From NCBI GenBank assembly GCA_964248365.1, contig CAXTYC010000010.1, forward strand, positions 32,001 through 96,000: DNA of 64,000 bases, read 5' to 3'. Of the stretch, positions 1 to 10,445 are shown piece by piece. Source of the DNA: an uncultured Chroococcidiopsis sp. GTDB taxonomy: Bacteria; Cyanobacteriota; Cyanobacteriia; Cyanobacteriales; Chroococcidiopsidaceae. The first letter of the stretch is position 1. Every line of letters starts with the position of its first letter. The position numbers and the translations under genes were made by a program. The notes beneath the pieces were generated by a model. That model searched no databases, was not told the origin of the DNA, and saw nothing but the letters and a program-made list of their open reading frames with translations.

Positions 1-4
1 GAAT

Positions 5-1426
5 ATGACTTTTTCAAGAAAACTCAATCCTTATGGTCTGCGCCAAGAGTGCCTTTCTTATCCTGAAATCCTAGCTCAGTCAATAGGTAACATTGCACCT
101 ACTATGATCGCATCTGTGAACGTAGCGCTAGTATTTGGCACTGCGGGCAATGGGACTTGGTTGGCTTTTTTAATTGCAACGGTTGGAGTAGTTTTAGTCA
201 GTCTTTGCATTAAACCCTTTGCGCGTCTGTCTGCCTCTGCTGGTGCGCTGTATGCTTACATTGGCAGGAGTCTAGGAGCAACAGCAGGTGTAATCTCAGG
301 TTGGGCTTTGGTTCTAGCTTATGCCTTCACAGCTATGGCTATGTTAGGCTCTTGCTCACTTTACACAAATATCGTACTGAGTGTATTTAGCTTGCACGCT
401 TCTCCCATCATACTTTTTGCTATATGTGCGAGTTTGACTTGGTATTACGCTTATACTGACATCCAGCTATCGGCAGTATTGATGCTGCTTTTGGAGTTTT
501 CTTCTGTTATTTTAATTGTAATTTTGGCGCTGATTGTGTTGTTTGGGCATGGCTTGACAATAGATACAGCCCAGCTTTCACTTGACTCAGTTTCGGCAGA
601 TGGTATCCGACTGGGAATGGTGTTAGCTGTCTTCGGCTATGTTGGTTTTGAAAGTTCAACGACTTTGGGTATTGAAGCTAAAAATCCGCTCAAAGCCATT
701 CCCAATTCTATGATTTGGAGTTCTGTTTTATGCGGTCTTTTCTATATACTCATTGCATATACTCAGGTGCTAGCGTTTAGAGGCTATGCAACGCCACTTA
801 ACAAAGTTGATAGTCCACTTAGTGTCATAGCTTCTATGGTAGGAGTGGAATGGTTAGGAGTAGCTATATCTGTAGCGATTGTGATGAGTGGTTTCAGTTG
901 TATTCTTGCTAGTCTGAATGCGGCGGCGCGGGTTTGCTTTTCGCTTGGGCGACATGGTATTTTGCATTCGTCACTTGGTCAGGCACACTTGGAAAATGAA
1001 ACACCTCATATTGCCATTAGCATCTTAAGTATGCTGATTTTCCTTGTTCCTGCCTCAATGTCAATGTTTGGTATTTCAGACTTGGATATTTTCGGTTACT
1101 TAGCAACTATTGCTACCTACGGATTTTTGCTTGTATATCTTCTCATTGCAGTTGCTGCGCCTATTTATCTTTCGCGTAAAAGAAGGCTGAGTTTAGGGAA
1201 TTTGGCAATCTCTGGTGTAGCAGTTATTTTTATGCTAATTCCAATTATTGGTAGCCTGTATCCAGTTCCAGCTTTTCCCTACAATGTCTTTCCTTACTTA
1301 TTCTTAATGTACCTAGCTGTAGGTGCTGGATTTTTGTGGCTACTGGGTCAACGTTCTCCCCAAACTATTGATTCTATGCAGCGGGATTTAGAAGCAGAGG
1401 AAAGGAAATTTAGCACAACAGACTAG
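5..1426 (+). CDS. APC-family amino acid permease
   Basis: 473 aa, about 12 hydrophobic segments; AQSIGNIAP in TM1, SAGALYAY loop, GFES motif typical of APC transporters. Confidence 0.9.
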   Translation: MTFSRKLNPYGLRQECLSYPEILAQSIGNIAPTMIASVNVALVFGTAGNGTWLAFLIATVGVVLVSLCIKPFARLSASAGALYAYIGRSLGATAGVISGWALVLAYAFTAMAMLGSCSLYTNIVLSVFSLHASPIILFAICASLTWYYAYTDIQLSAVLMLLLEFSSVILIVILALIVLFGHGLTIDTAQLSLDSVSADGIRLGMVLAVFGYVGFESSTTLGIEAKNPLKAIPNSMIWSSVLCGLFYILIAYTQVLAFRGYATPLNKVDSPLSVIASMVGVEWLGVAISVAIVMSGFSCILASLNAAARVCFSLGRHGILHSSLGQAHLENETPHIAISILSMLIFLVPASMSMFGISDLDIFGYLATIATYGFLLVYLLIAVAAPIYLSRKRRLSLGNLAISGVAVIFMLIPIIGSLYPVPAFPYNVFPYLFLMYLAVGAGFLWLLGQRSPQTIDSMQRDLEAEERKFSTTD

Positions 1427-1458
1427 ATTAACAGGCTACTGTAGCCTGTATGCATTAC

Positions 1459-1492
1459 TTCTCGTAACCCAGCTTACGCCAGGTTACGAGAA
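1459..1492. repeat. Palindromic REP-like dispersed repeat (CTCGT-N-CCAG...GAACGAG family), possible terminator between convergent genes
   Basis: TTCTCGTAACC-N12-GGTTACGAGAA; related copies near 2155-2198, 58232-58262 and 61437-61467. Confidence 0.6.
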
Positions 1493-1539
1493 TTTAGAGG
1501 TTCTACCTCCACAAATGGAAGATGTGAAAACCATCTCTA

Positions 1540-2124
1540 CTAATAGCAATACTTATCGTTACTGTTAGCTGTAGAATGTTCTTGCCCAGTCCGCATAGCT
1601 CCTAAAATAGTAGAAATATAGACGCAGCGTTGGATACTACTATTTTTAATATTTAGCGTTATTTGTCCTAATTCTGATACCCCCCCTTGTGGTTGTCCTT
1701 TGTAGTCAAATTGAACTCTCCAAGGACCAGTTGCCGGACAATTTGCAAAAGGTTGATTTAGAGTAGTTTCACATTGATTTAATTTATTCTTATCTTTAAC
1801 AACTTCGATATCTTGGTCAAGATTATTCCAATTGATATCAGTAGGAATAAAAGAGTTAGGGTGGGCAGGGTGGATAGCCCACTGAACAATTCCATCTTTT
1901 TCTTTAAAGCTAGCTTGCCAAGTAATTTTATCTCGTTTGGCGTTGCTTTGAGCTTCACGCATGGCACGATAAACTTGATCTTGGGCAACATTAAGGCGAC
2001 GAGTATTAACAAACGAAATCCAACTTGGAGTTGCGATCGCTGCTAAAATACCCACAATCATAATCACAACCATCGTTTCGATTAGGGTAAATCCTAAATT
2101 TAATTTCTTGTATTTATTACTCAT
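1540..2124 (-). CDS. Type IV minor pilin, FimT/GspH-like (HpsD-like), cluster 1
   Basis: Prepilin site LG|FTLIE plus hydrophobic helix, AAIATPSW; C-terminal RCVYISTILGAMR and Cys pairs. Confidence 0.85.
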   Translation of the reverse strand: MSNKYKKLNLGFTLIETMVVIMIVGILAAIATPSWISFVNTRRLNVAQDQVYRAMREAQSNAKRDKITWQASFKEKDGIVQWAIHPAHPNSFIPTDINWNNLDQDIEVVKDKNKLNQCETTLNQPFANCPATGPWRVQFDYKGQPQGGVSELGQITLNIKNSSIQRCVYISTILGAMRTGQEHSTANSNDKYCY

Positions 2125-2202
2125 TTATTTTATAATTAGTATTATATATTGTCTGAAAACGAGAGTAGTACTTGTTTCCAAGCTTAGTTTGAGAACGGGA
2201 TA

Positions 2203-3198
2203 TTAATTCCTTAAAGTTCCTTTGCTTTTTACCTGCACATTTGCACTAGGAAAATACTCAGAAATGTTTTCACTGTAGCTTACCTCTTGATTCATTCGAG
2301 CCGTAGCATTTCCTCTTAAATAAAGAGAGGCAAAATTTTGTGCTGAATCTACGCAGGCATAGAAGCTATAGGTTTTTAATGTTTCTGTAATATTGTTTGC
2401 CGGAACTTGTTGTGCATTAGAGGAAATATTATTGCAATTTTCTGGTGCAGGAATTTTATCTCCCGTACTTTGGTCAATATAATCAACCAACGTTTCAAAA
2501 GGAGTTTTTCTTAAATCGTAAGGATTTGAAGCATCCTTTTTCCATGCATTCATTTTATCTTTGAGCGTACCCGATCCTGTTAGGTCAAATAGCTGAAAAC
2601 CAGGAGTGGGACTTATGAGATAATTGCTGGAATTCTTAGGATCTCTAATTCCATCTTTAAGTTCAATCCTACCAATTCGGGCAGCATTAGACCATTGGGA
2701 GTTCTTATCTTTTATCAAGTAATAACTTACTAAAGAATATCCCAAATAATCTTTTTCATCACATTCATTAGTATCTGGAGTTTTGACTAAGCAACCTACT
2801 TTAGTAGAAGTGCCATTATCTAAAACAACTTGACTGTCTTTAGGAAAAAAAGTGCGCTTCCAAAATACGAGGACGGGAACTTTATCTGTAGCTGACGGTT
2901 CAGGTAGTTGATTTTTGATAGCAGCAATTCCATCTGCATCATAAATATATACAGCTTCTTGTAAATCATCAGCAATATAGTCAATTGCCGATTGAATTTC
3001 CAGTTCAGTCGTTGCCTTGGCTTGTTCCCGACGCTCAGAATTTAGAATGTTAGTCATAAAGGCAAGTAAAGTTCCCAAAACGATGAATGAAATCACCACT
3101 GATACTAAAAGTTCAATCAGGGTAAAGCCTCCACTTTTTTGAGCCAGCTTAAAAAGTTTTAGCTGCTTGTTTAAAAGTAATTTAAGTGGATTCATCAT
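2203..3198 (-). CDS. hpsC: Minor pilin HpsC-like (PilW/GspJ-type), cluster 1
   Basis: GG|FTLIELLV prepilin site; AIDYIADDLQEAVYIY and VPVLVFWKR motifs. Confidence 0.75.
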   Translation of the reverse strand: MMNPLKLLLNKQLKLFKLAQKSGGFTLIELLVSVVISFIVLGTLLAFMTNILNSERREQAKATTELEIQSAIDYIADDLQEAVYIYDADGIAAIKNQLPEPSATDKVPVLVFWKRTFFPKDSQVVLDNGTSTKVGCLVKTPDTNECDEKDYLGYSLVSYYLIKDKNSQWSNAARIGRIELKDGIRDPKNSSNYLISPTPGFQLFDLTGSGTLKDKMNAWKKDASNPYDLRKTPFETLVDYIDQSTGDKIPAPENCNNISSNAQQVPANNITETLKTYSFYACVDSAQNFASLYLRGNATARMNQEVSYSENISEYFPSANVQVKSKGTLRN

Positions 3199-3239
3199 GT
3201 GTGCCTCTCACCTTGCAAAACAGATAATAGGTAGTCTAA

Positions 3240-4076
3240 TTACTGTGTATCTTGCGCATCTTGTGCATCTTGACAACCAAGGCGATCGCACATATCTCTA
3301 AAAGTAGTATTTGTAACAATTTCAGTCGTCATTTCCACAAGTGGTGTTTTGCGATTCCCAAGTCCTCCAGAAAATGTTTGCTGCGTTCTCTTTGTTTCTG
3401 AGTCGCTTTTGAGTATAGGAGTATTATCACTAAAAGCATCAGCTCGATAAACCCTGATTCCCAATAGATATCCTCTATCAGCATCGGTTGAAACAGGAGA
3501 AACGCTGCGATTATCATCGGTTGAAATGGGAGTAAAGCTGCGAAAAGCTTGAACTACCAGATCTTTAGCGCTCTTAGTGCTACAACCATTGCTATCAAGA
3601 TCAATGCAGTACAAACTTGAGGTAATGGTATTCGAGCAGTAGGAATTGCCTGCTTTATTCGTGGAGCAAGGTAAACCCCCAGCAGGTGAGGGAGCAGCTA
3701 CTCCAGCAAATAAAATCCTTTGGGGAATAAAATTATTGTTGTTATCTACCTCATTAAGTGTAATAGTGTGTTTTGGTGGTTCGATGATTCCAGATTCAAC
3801 GCCATCAATGTAGGTTCTAGCAGCTTCGCTTGCTAGTTCTACCCGTCTAGCTTGCACCCTGTTACTAACTGCGAGGACAATTACAGGAGCAATTACTGTC
3901 ATGAGGATGGAAATTATAGCTATAGCTACCAAGGATTCAATAATAGTAAATCCAGATTGGCAAGTTAGATCCCCCCTAACCCCCCTTAAAAAGGGGGGAA
4001 TAAAGCCGCCCCGAATGGGGGGAATAAAGCTCCTCTTTTCAACCCCTGTTGGAGGAATCAGCTGTGTGTTTTTCAT
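3240..4076 (-). CDS. hpsB: Minor pilin HpsB-like (PilV/GspI-type), cluster 1; leader extended by a palindromic repeat
   Basis: SG|FTIIESLV site; RVQARRVELA and GIRVYRADAF motifs; ATG 3 nt after the hpsA stop. Confidence 0.75.
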   Translation of the reverse strand: MKNTQLIPPTGVEKRSFIPPIRGGFIPPFLRGVRGDLTCQSGFTIIESLVAIAIISILMTVIAPVIVLAVSNRVQARRVELASEAARTYIDGVESGIIEPPKHTITLNEVDNNNNFIPQRILFAGVAAPSPAGGLPCSTNKAGNSYCSNTITSSLYCIDLDSNGCSTKSAKDLVVQAFRSFTPISTDDNRSVSPVSTDADRGYLLGIRVYRADAFSDNTPILKSDSETKRTQQTFSGGLGNRKTPLVEMTTEIVTNTTFRDMCDRLGCQDAQDAQDTQ

Positions 4077-4079
4077 AGT

Positions 4080-7000
4080 TTAATTGCCGACTACATTAGT
4101 ATTATTTCCAGAATTATTTGCTGGATAGTTAGGAGCATCATTCCGACAACTAGCAGGGCGCTGTTGTTTGTCAGGAACTGCATATTGAGTATAAGTTGCT
4201 GTTGATCTTCCTACGCGATCGCTTGCCGTTGCAGCACACAGCAAAGTTTGCACCCAAGGATCATCTCTACCGACTTCTCTGAAGAACTCGTTAGGAGAAC
4301 TCTTAGAGGGTGTCGTGAACTTTTGGGCAAAAAGATCTGTCGGTTGAGACAATAAGGCAACATCAAAAATCCAGTGTCTATTAGGTGCGGTGAAATATGG
4401 CACTATTCCAGCTGGTGTACCGTTGTTAGTCCTGTAATTGTTTATAGGATAGTTAAACAGGCTGAGGTTTTCACCTAGAGTAGCTGTAGCCGTTGCCTTT
4501 TGCCGAAGGATAGTTGAAAACGGTGCAGTAGCATAGACACTCCGCTTCATCTGAATAAAACTACCTGCAATGTTAAGTGCCTTGTCTTGCCAGTTTTCTA
4601 GGAAACGCACAAAGTTAGGCAACCCTGCTGATTCTTCCTGCGGACGACTGGGACTGTTACCAGAAACAAATGTAGCGTTAACAGTTGTATCCTCCCCTGC
4701 GGTTTGTAGCCAGTTCGCCCCATAACGCCGTTCATCTCCTCGATCTAAATTGTTACTAGGAGAACCATCTGGACTATGAATTTGCAAAACAGGCTCTAAC
4801 AGCGGCTGACCAGATGAATTGCCAATAAATAGCGGTTTATCTGCGCTGTATGATTCACCCTGCCTTGGGTTAGCGGGGTTATTAGTTGTCTTGAACCATA
4901 GCGCGTTAGGTACTTGTCGAGGTAAAGCACCACCGTATGGAAACTCCTGCACTATTCCTCGATCATTGATTCCGAGAGGGATTGGCAATGCACCGCCACC
5001 ACCAGTACTACCGCTTCCAGCACCACCACCAGTACTACCGCTTCCAGCACCACCACCAGTACTACCGCTTCCAGCACCACTACCACCAGTACCAGCACCC
5101 CCGCCAGCACCGCTGCCAGCACCACCAGCACCAGCACCACCAGCACCAGCGTCTGTACCAGCACTACCAGCACCACTGTCAGGCTGGGTGCTATTCTGGC
5201 TAATAAATTGGTTGATATTCAGGTTATTATTCGGATTGCTTGGTGAGTTGCCGCCAGCACCGCTACTACCACCGTTAGTACTACCACTACCAGCACCACC
5301 AGCGCCGCCGCCTGATCCATTACCAGCACCGCCGCCGCTAGCACCGCCGCCGCTAGCACCGCCACCACCTGAGCTGCTGCCACCACCTGAGCTGGTTAGC
5401 CGGAAAGCAACCCGACGAGGATAGCGTCGATCGTCTGGTTGTAAGGCAGGTCGTGCAGTAGTCCCTGCCCCAAGTTGGTCAAATTTAGCTCCGCCTGCGA
5501 TATTTTTTATTAAATCTATTGCTTTCACATTTCGTTCGTCGTCCTCCAGTTTGCCGTCAACTGGCTTGCCGCCAAACCCGTCATAGCCAACCACCCAATC
5601 AGCATCTGTACAGCTTTCCACAGGAATTTTTCGGCAGATTTCCATCACGTACTCAGGAAAATTCGTGCGTCGCTGCACGGGTGTCACGCCATTAGTTAAG
5701 TAGGAACTTACATAACTATCGTTAGTTTTCTGATTAGGATATGGATTACCATTACTGTTTGTATCCGACCAAGCAGCACTAGTAACAAAGCTGTTGTCCC
5801 AAAAGCCCATGCCCTTACGCTTTTGAGTGGTATCGCTTGGAGAATTTTTAGTAGGAGAGATGTATGCATTATTGTTTAGGTCGTAGTCTCCTTGATTGCG
5901 GAAACCATCTTTAAACGTGCCAGACAGTACGGTAACAGCATCAGAAATAATGGTAGCTGGTCGCCAGGTGTCACCTTCACTATTAGGGCATCCTGGTTTG
6001 CCTGGACGACAGGCAAAGTTAGGATTTAGATCTGCATTACGAGTGTAAAAATTGCTCCAATCAGGAAACTGCAATTTTTCTAAAAACTCTTCAAGTATAT
6101 TGCGTGATGGTGTCTGATGTAGGTTAAAGTTGCCTTTAATATATACAGGCAAATTAGTGACTAGAGTTAAACCTTTTTCTTCTTCACGGTAAGTATTTTC
6201 TATTGTTCGTGACAAGTTGCTGCCATTAATTAATCGAATGCCATTAGGACGACGAGTAGAGTCGAGTATAAAATCAGTTGGGCTAAGGAGTTTTGTTTCA
6301 GTAGGTGGTGCGCTTTCTCCATTCAAGGTAGTAGTAGTAGTAGTGGTATTGCTCTCCTGACTCAATTCAAATGAATCATCCAGCAACGCATCATCCCGAC
6401 TGGCATAAATAATCCCACTGTTCGGCAACACATACTCATTATTATTTGTACCAATCAACTCTTTCCTGGTGATTCCCCTCGTTTTATCAGTATCTAAATT
6501 GATTTGTGTCACCCTAACTTCTAAGGGTTGACGCTGTTCTAGTTTTAAGTTGTAATCCGTCTTTGAATCTTGATTCTGTGACGTTCCCGAAATAACTCCT
6601 CCAGTGGTGTCATCTTCATCTTGATGCAGTGCCTTAACTTCTCTAGCATCCAGAAAAGATGCTTCCCTAATTGCCCCATGAGGAATCACTGGGTTAGTCT
6701 GGGGTGTAATAGTGTTGTCTAATATTTTTAGACTGCAAATCGCTGTATCAATTGCTGAATTTTCAGATAAACTTAGTGGCTTATTAGGGTCTATAAGCGT
6801 TCCATTAGAGCTTAATTTTATCAGGGCTTTTTGTAGCGGTTCATTGACAAGCCGCCCGTTAGGAAACAACATTCTCGCTTGTGCTTTTAGCTCTGGCAAA
6901 TAAGTAGCGATCGCGCTAAATCTAGCATTATTATTTGTATAAGGAGCAGAATAAACAACTCCATTATTCGATCTACCCTTACCAGTCCGTGCAGTCAGAG

Positions 7001-9350
7001 GTCTAACTGTTATATCTCCACTAACATCCGGTAACTCATCCCGATTTCTAGCCGTCAAACTATCAGTAGGATCGTAATAGCTACTAATACAAGCAGTGGG
7101 AGTGCGACTAATATAATTAGTGTCTGTATATGAAGTATCCCTGTAATCATATACTGCCGTAGCCCTCATCCTCAGATCGGGTTTATCTTTTGGTGGCTTG
7201 ATGTCATCACCACCTGTCATTGGCATTAAGTCAGACCAAACTAGATCCTTAGCAGTATATTCATTTACAAGTTCGCCTGCTAATCTAAGGTCTTTAGGAG
7301 CTTTTTTAGGAAGTTTTTCGCCTGAATCTAGTTTATCCTTATTAGGAATATCGGGAAGGAAAGAGTCATTTTGCAACTGGGGAATTGTTGATGACTTATT
7401 TCCTTTATGCTGATAAATTCCTGCACCTGTAATAATACGTAATCCCCCACTTTCAGCCACAGAAGTAGCAGGATTTTTGGCGGCTTCTTCTTCCCAAAAG
7501 CCATCCCTATCAGACATATTTAAGTCACCAAGCTGCTGCACCTGAGTACTACGGTAGCGAGGCTGGTTATCGGGATCAGTCCAATTAGTTCCAGCAATAA
7601 ACTGCTGATCTTTGGGAGATGTAATATAATTTTTTCCGTCTTTCCAATAAGCAGGAAGATTGTTTCCTACTACAATGCGATCGCCTAAATACTTTTGTTT
7701 ACCATCTTGATTCAGCTTGTCTGGGGAAGTTGCTTCTAACTGGCGTGTTTTCAGTTGAAGTTTTGTATAATCTAATGTCGGTTCTCTCCATTCTTGGGGC
7801 GGTTCAATTATATTAAATCCAGGGAAAACATTATTTTCATTGTAAAAGCCTGTTGCATTACCATCCTGTGGTACTTCAGCATAAGGAACACGACGAGTAC
7901 GATTTTTCAAATAAAGCTCAAGTTCCTCAGAAAGAACATTATATGTGTTTAAACTGGGGTTTTCTTTGAGGCGATCGCTAAATCTATTTTTTACCTCTTG
8001 CGGGTATCTATTTATAGCTAAAACAGTACTATTTCGTGGTGGATTTATTTCCGAACAATAATTACTTTCCTCTCTACAATAGGAAAGTGCTTCCCGTTTC
8101 ATTAAGGCAATGCGTTGGTTATAAGCATCATCATTATAAGCTACCAGCGCACCACCTCCACTCTCTATAGATTTATTAATACTACCAATTCGAGCATTAT
8201 TCCTATCAGGTTCGTCCCCAAATAAATCAACATCTACAGTGTTTTGATCCGCTGTATCGGCTGCATTTCCATTTGCTACATTTCCACCTACTGTAACATT
8301 AGCATTTTCTGCTTGATAAAAGCAGGAATTTTTCCCACTAACTTGATATAAACGTATTTCGGCGTTGTTACGTCCTCCTACTAATAAGTTACCATTTGTA
8401 TGTACTCTCCCATTTAAGCGAAAATCCGTTGTTGGTGTTAATTCAAGATCGCCATCAAAGAAAGCTGCATAATTAATCAGCGGAATTCTACTTTGATCTT
8501 GCTGATACTCCAGAGCATAAAAGCTTTGATTGCCTGGAAATTTTTCAAATTCACCGCCCAAACCAGTATTATCAGTAATTGGTACAGTAGCGGTGTAAAC
8601 AAAAAAGCTCTTTTTGAGTTCGTCGCCTGACTTCTGCCAACCAGAATCACCTAATGAATTGGTATTATTATTTAGTAAATTTGCACATCGGCTACCACCC
8701 ACTTGAGTAGCAAGTGGTGTACTTCTTACTTCTAATGGATTTGTAGTAGTGCTAGGATTGCGAAAGTAGATACCGTAGAGAATATAACTATCAAACTTAC
8801 CATTGTTATCTGTATCAACAGGAAATCTCCAGGCAGTGGTTAATGTTTCATCATTATCTATATTTGTATTGTTAGTTTCGATGATATTATCTTTATTAAT
8901 ATCGAAAGCAAGTTTGAGACGAGTTTCATCGCCAAAAGTATATTTAGGATTGGTTTTAATAGCGTTATAAAGCGTCAGTTCCGATGGAGTTTCTTTAGGT
9001 AATCTAGGGTCTTGGAGCAACTCCTCGATTTTGACTCTAGCACGAGCGGTCGCCGGAGTAGCAGCCTTAATCGCAGCTTGACTAGCTCTGACATTACTAG
9101 CGTTTCTTGTGCGATCAAAAGACCGCAGCATCATCGCCGTAGTGAGCAACACTACCACCAACAACACTATCATCGCTGTTGGCAACACAAACCCCGATCT
9201 GGAAAAATGTTGTTGTCTTCGGGATTTTCTATTAATGACAAGCAGGCTACGCCTCAACCACTTGATTAGCCGCTTAAGCAAGGTGCTGAATAACTTACCA
9301 ATATTTTTGTAAAGATTTCTTCGGTTCTTGATTCGCTTGCGCTTTGACAT
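4080..9350 (-). CDS. hpsA: Giant PilX-like minor pilin HpsA-like, cluster 1 (1756 aa)
   Basis: SG|FVLPT prepilin site without Glu5; FPVDTDNNGKFDS, NFVRFLENW and NEFFREVGRDDPW motifs. Confidence 0.8.
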   Translation of the reverse strand: MSKRKRIKNRRNLYKNIGKLFSTLLKRLIKWLRRSLLVINRKSRRQQHFSRSGFVLPTAMIVLLVVVLLTTAMMLRSFDRTRNASNVRASQAAIKAATPATARARVKIEELLQDPRLPKETPSELTLYNAIKTNPKYTFGDETRLKLAFDINKDNIIETNNTNIDNDETLTTAWRFPVDTDNNGKFDSYILYGIYFRNPSTTTNPLEVRSTPLATQVGGSRCANLLNNNTNSLGDSGWQKSGDELKKSFFVYTATVPITDNTGLGGEFEKFPGNQSFYALEYQQDQSRIPLINYAAFFDGDLELTPTTDFRLNGRVHTNGNLLVGGRNNAEIRLYQVSGKNSCFYQAENANVTVGGNVANGNAADTADQNTVDVDLFGDEPDRNNARIGSINKSIESGGGALVAYNDDAYNQRIALMKREALSYCREESNYCSEINPPRNSTVLAINRYPQEVKNRFSDRLKENPSLNTYNVLSEELELYLKNRTRRVPYAEVPQDGNATGFYNENNVFPGFNIIEPPQEWREPTLDYTKLQLKTRQLEATSPDKLNQDGKQKYLGDRIVVGNNLPAYWKDGKNYITSPKDQQFIAGTNWTDPDNQPRYRSTQVQQLGDLNMSDRDGFWEEEAAKNPATSVAESGGLRIITGAGIYQHKGNKSSTIPQLQNDSFLPDIPNKDKLDSGEKLPKKAPKDLRLAGELVNEYTAKDLVWSDLMPMTGGDDIKPPKDKPDLRMRATAVYDYRDTSYTDTNYISRTPTACISSYYDPTDSLTARNRDELPDVSGDITVRPLTARTGKGRSNNGVVYSAPYTNNNARFSAIATYLPELKAQARMLFPNGRLVNEPLQKALIKLSSNGTLIDPNKPLSLSENSAIDTAICSLKILDNTITPQTNPVIPHGAIREASFLDAREVKALHQDEDDTTGGVISGTSQNQDSKTDYNLKLEQRQPLEVRVTQINLDTDKTRGITRKELIGTNNNEYVLPNSGIIYASRDDALLDDSFELSQESNTTTTTTTLNGESAPPTETKLLSPTDFILDSTRRPNGIRLINGSNLSRTIENTYREEEKGLTLVTNLPVYIKGNFNLHQTPSRNILEEFLEKLQFPDWSNFYTRNADLNPNFACRPGKPGCPNSEGDTWRPATIISDAVTVLSGTFKDGFRNQGDYDLNNNAYISPTKNSPSDTTQKRKGMGFWDNSFVTSAAWSDTNSNGNPYPNQKTNDSYVSSYLTNGVTPVQRRTNFPEYVMEICRKIPVESCTDADWVVGYDGFGGKPVDGKLEDDERNVKAIDLIKNIAGGAKFDQLGAGTTARPALQPDDRRYPRRVAFRLTSSGGGSSSGGGGASGGGASGGGAGNGSGGGAGGAGSGSTNGGSSGAGGNSPSNPNNNLNINQFISQNSTQPDSGAGSAGTDAGAGGAGAGGAGSGAGGGAGTGGSGAGSGSTGGGAGSGSTGGGAGSGSTGGGGALPIPLGINDRGIVQEFPYGGALPRQVPNALWFKTTNNPANPRQGESYSADKPLFIGNSSGQPLLEPVLQIHSPDGSPSNNLDRGDERRYGANWLQTAGEDTTVNATFVSGNSPSRPQEESAGLPNFVRFLENWQDKALNIAGSFIQMKRSVYATAPFSTILRQKATATATLGENLSLFNYPINNYRTNNGTPAGIVPYFTAPNRHWIFDVALLSQPTDLFAQKFTTPSKSSPNEFFREVGRDDPWVQTLLCAATASDRVGRSTATYTQYAVPDKQQRPASCRNDAPNYPANNSGNNTNVVGN
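4997..5077. repeat. Three perfect 27-bp tandem repeats encoding GAGSGSTGG within the Gly-rich insert of HpsA1
   Basis: CACCACCAGTACTACCGCTTCCAGCAC at 4997, 5024 and 5051. Confidence 0.95.
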
Positions 9351-9825
9351 ATATATTCACGGGCAAATATTCCCCCTTGTTAAAGGAGGGTTCGGTATTT
9401 ACAAAAAAGCAGGTTGGCACAGTAATTTTATCGTGCTTCTCATTGCTTTGACTTAGACGATCGCGCGATCGCCCTTTTGGTCAGCAACTACATTGATATT
9501 ATTTTATACATATAACTTTTTGTTGCATGGAGTAGAAATTTCAAGCCCCCAAGCCAAGCCACAAGAGCTAAATTTAACCTCTTGTCCGATGAGCGTCTCG
9601 CTTGCTGGGGGTTATCTTCTAGCTCCCGTCTCATACTAGGAGCGATCGCAAATAATCTTAATTAAATAATCCCAATTAGAAAGCCAGGAGTTTAAACCCC
9701 TGGCTGCGTAGCTAAAGTCCTTTATAGAGAATTAGAAAACGAATTGTATAGACGCGAGAGATTGCGTTTCAACTGAGCATTTTTAATTATTTTTTGGTAT
9801 AATATATATACTCAATCAAGTATGT

Positions 9826-10383
9826 TCACTGACAATCAGTATCCTTTGCTGTACGCATCGCTCCAAGTAAGGTAGATACAAAGACACAGCGTTTAACACT
9901 ACTGCTGTTACGAGTTTGAAAAGTGATTTTCCCCATCTGTCCATTAACCCAGCCATTGAACTGAAATTGTATCCCGTAAGCTCCACTTGGCTGATTTGTG
10001 GTGGAAAGGTTAGTACTGGTGTCAATGGCAATTTTAGCTGTATCTTCCCCAGCTAAATTATTCCAGATCCAGCTACTAGCAAGAGCAACAGTAGGACAGT
10101 TATTAGTAGCAACGCTAGGAAGATGAGTAGACCATTGGACTTTAGTGCCATCATCACGAAAGCTAGCTTCCCAGCATAATTTTTGACTTCTGGCTTGCAA
10201 TTGAGCATCTCGCATCACTCTCAAGGCTTGATCTTGAGCTGTATTTAATCTCTGTTTATCCATTAAAGCAAGCCAACTGGGAGCAGCGATCGCAGCTAGG
10301 ATACCAACCATCACCGTAACAATTAATGTCTCTATCAGAGTAAATCCGGCAACTTGCTGCCTTGAGATCAGTTGTTTTTTCAT
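9826..10383 (-). CDS. Type IV minor pilin FimT/GspH-like (HpsD-like), cluster 2
   Basis: AG|FTLIE site; AAIAAPSW, RLNTAQDQ and KRCVFVSTLLGAMR match 1540-2124. Confidence 0.85.
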   Translation of the reverse strand: MKKQLISRQQVAGFTLIETLIVTVMVGILAAIAAPSWLALMDKQRLNTAQDQALRVMRDAQLQARSQKLCWEASFRDDGTKVQWSTHLPSVATNNCPTVALASSWIWNNLAGEDTAKIAIDTSTNLSTTNQPSGAYGIQFQFNGWVNGQMGKITFQTRNSSSVKRCVFVSTLLGAMRTAKDTDCQ

Positions 10384-10445
10384 CTCCTTTCTTCAGCCTT
10401 ACACAAAGGGTTTTAGGGTGCAAATATCTGGTATCATGACTACGA

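Noticed and set aside
4997..5077. 27-bp direct repeats as a possible CRISPR array
   Set aside because: No spacers, in-frame coding, and no cas genes in the window
4819..5424. 201-aa Pro-rich ORF (+) and overlapping His/Gln-rich and Val/Leu-rich ORFs
   Set aside because: Shadow frames of the Gly-rich repeat inside hpsA1
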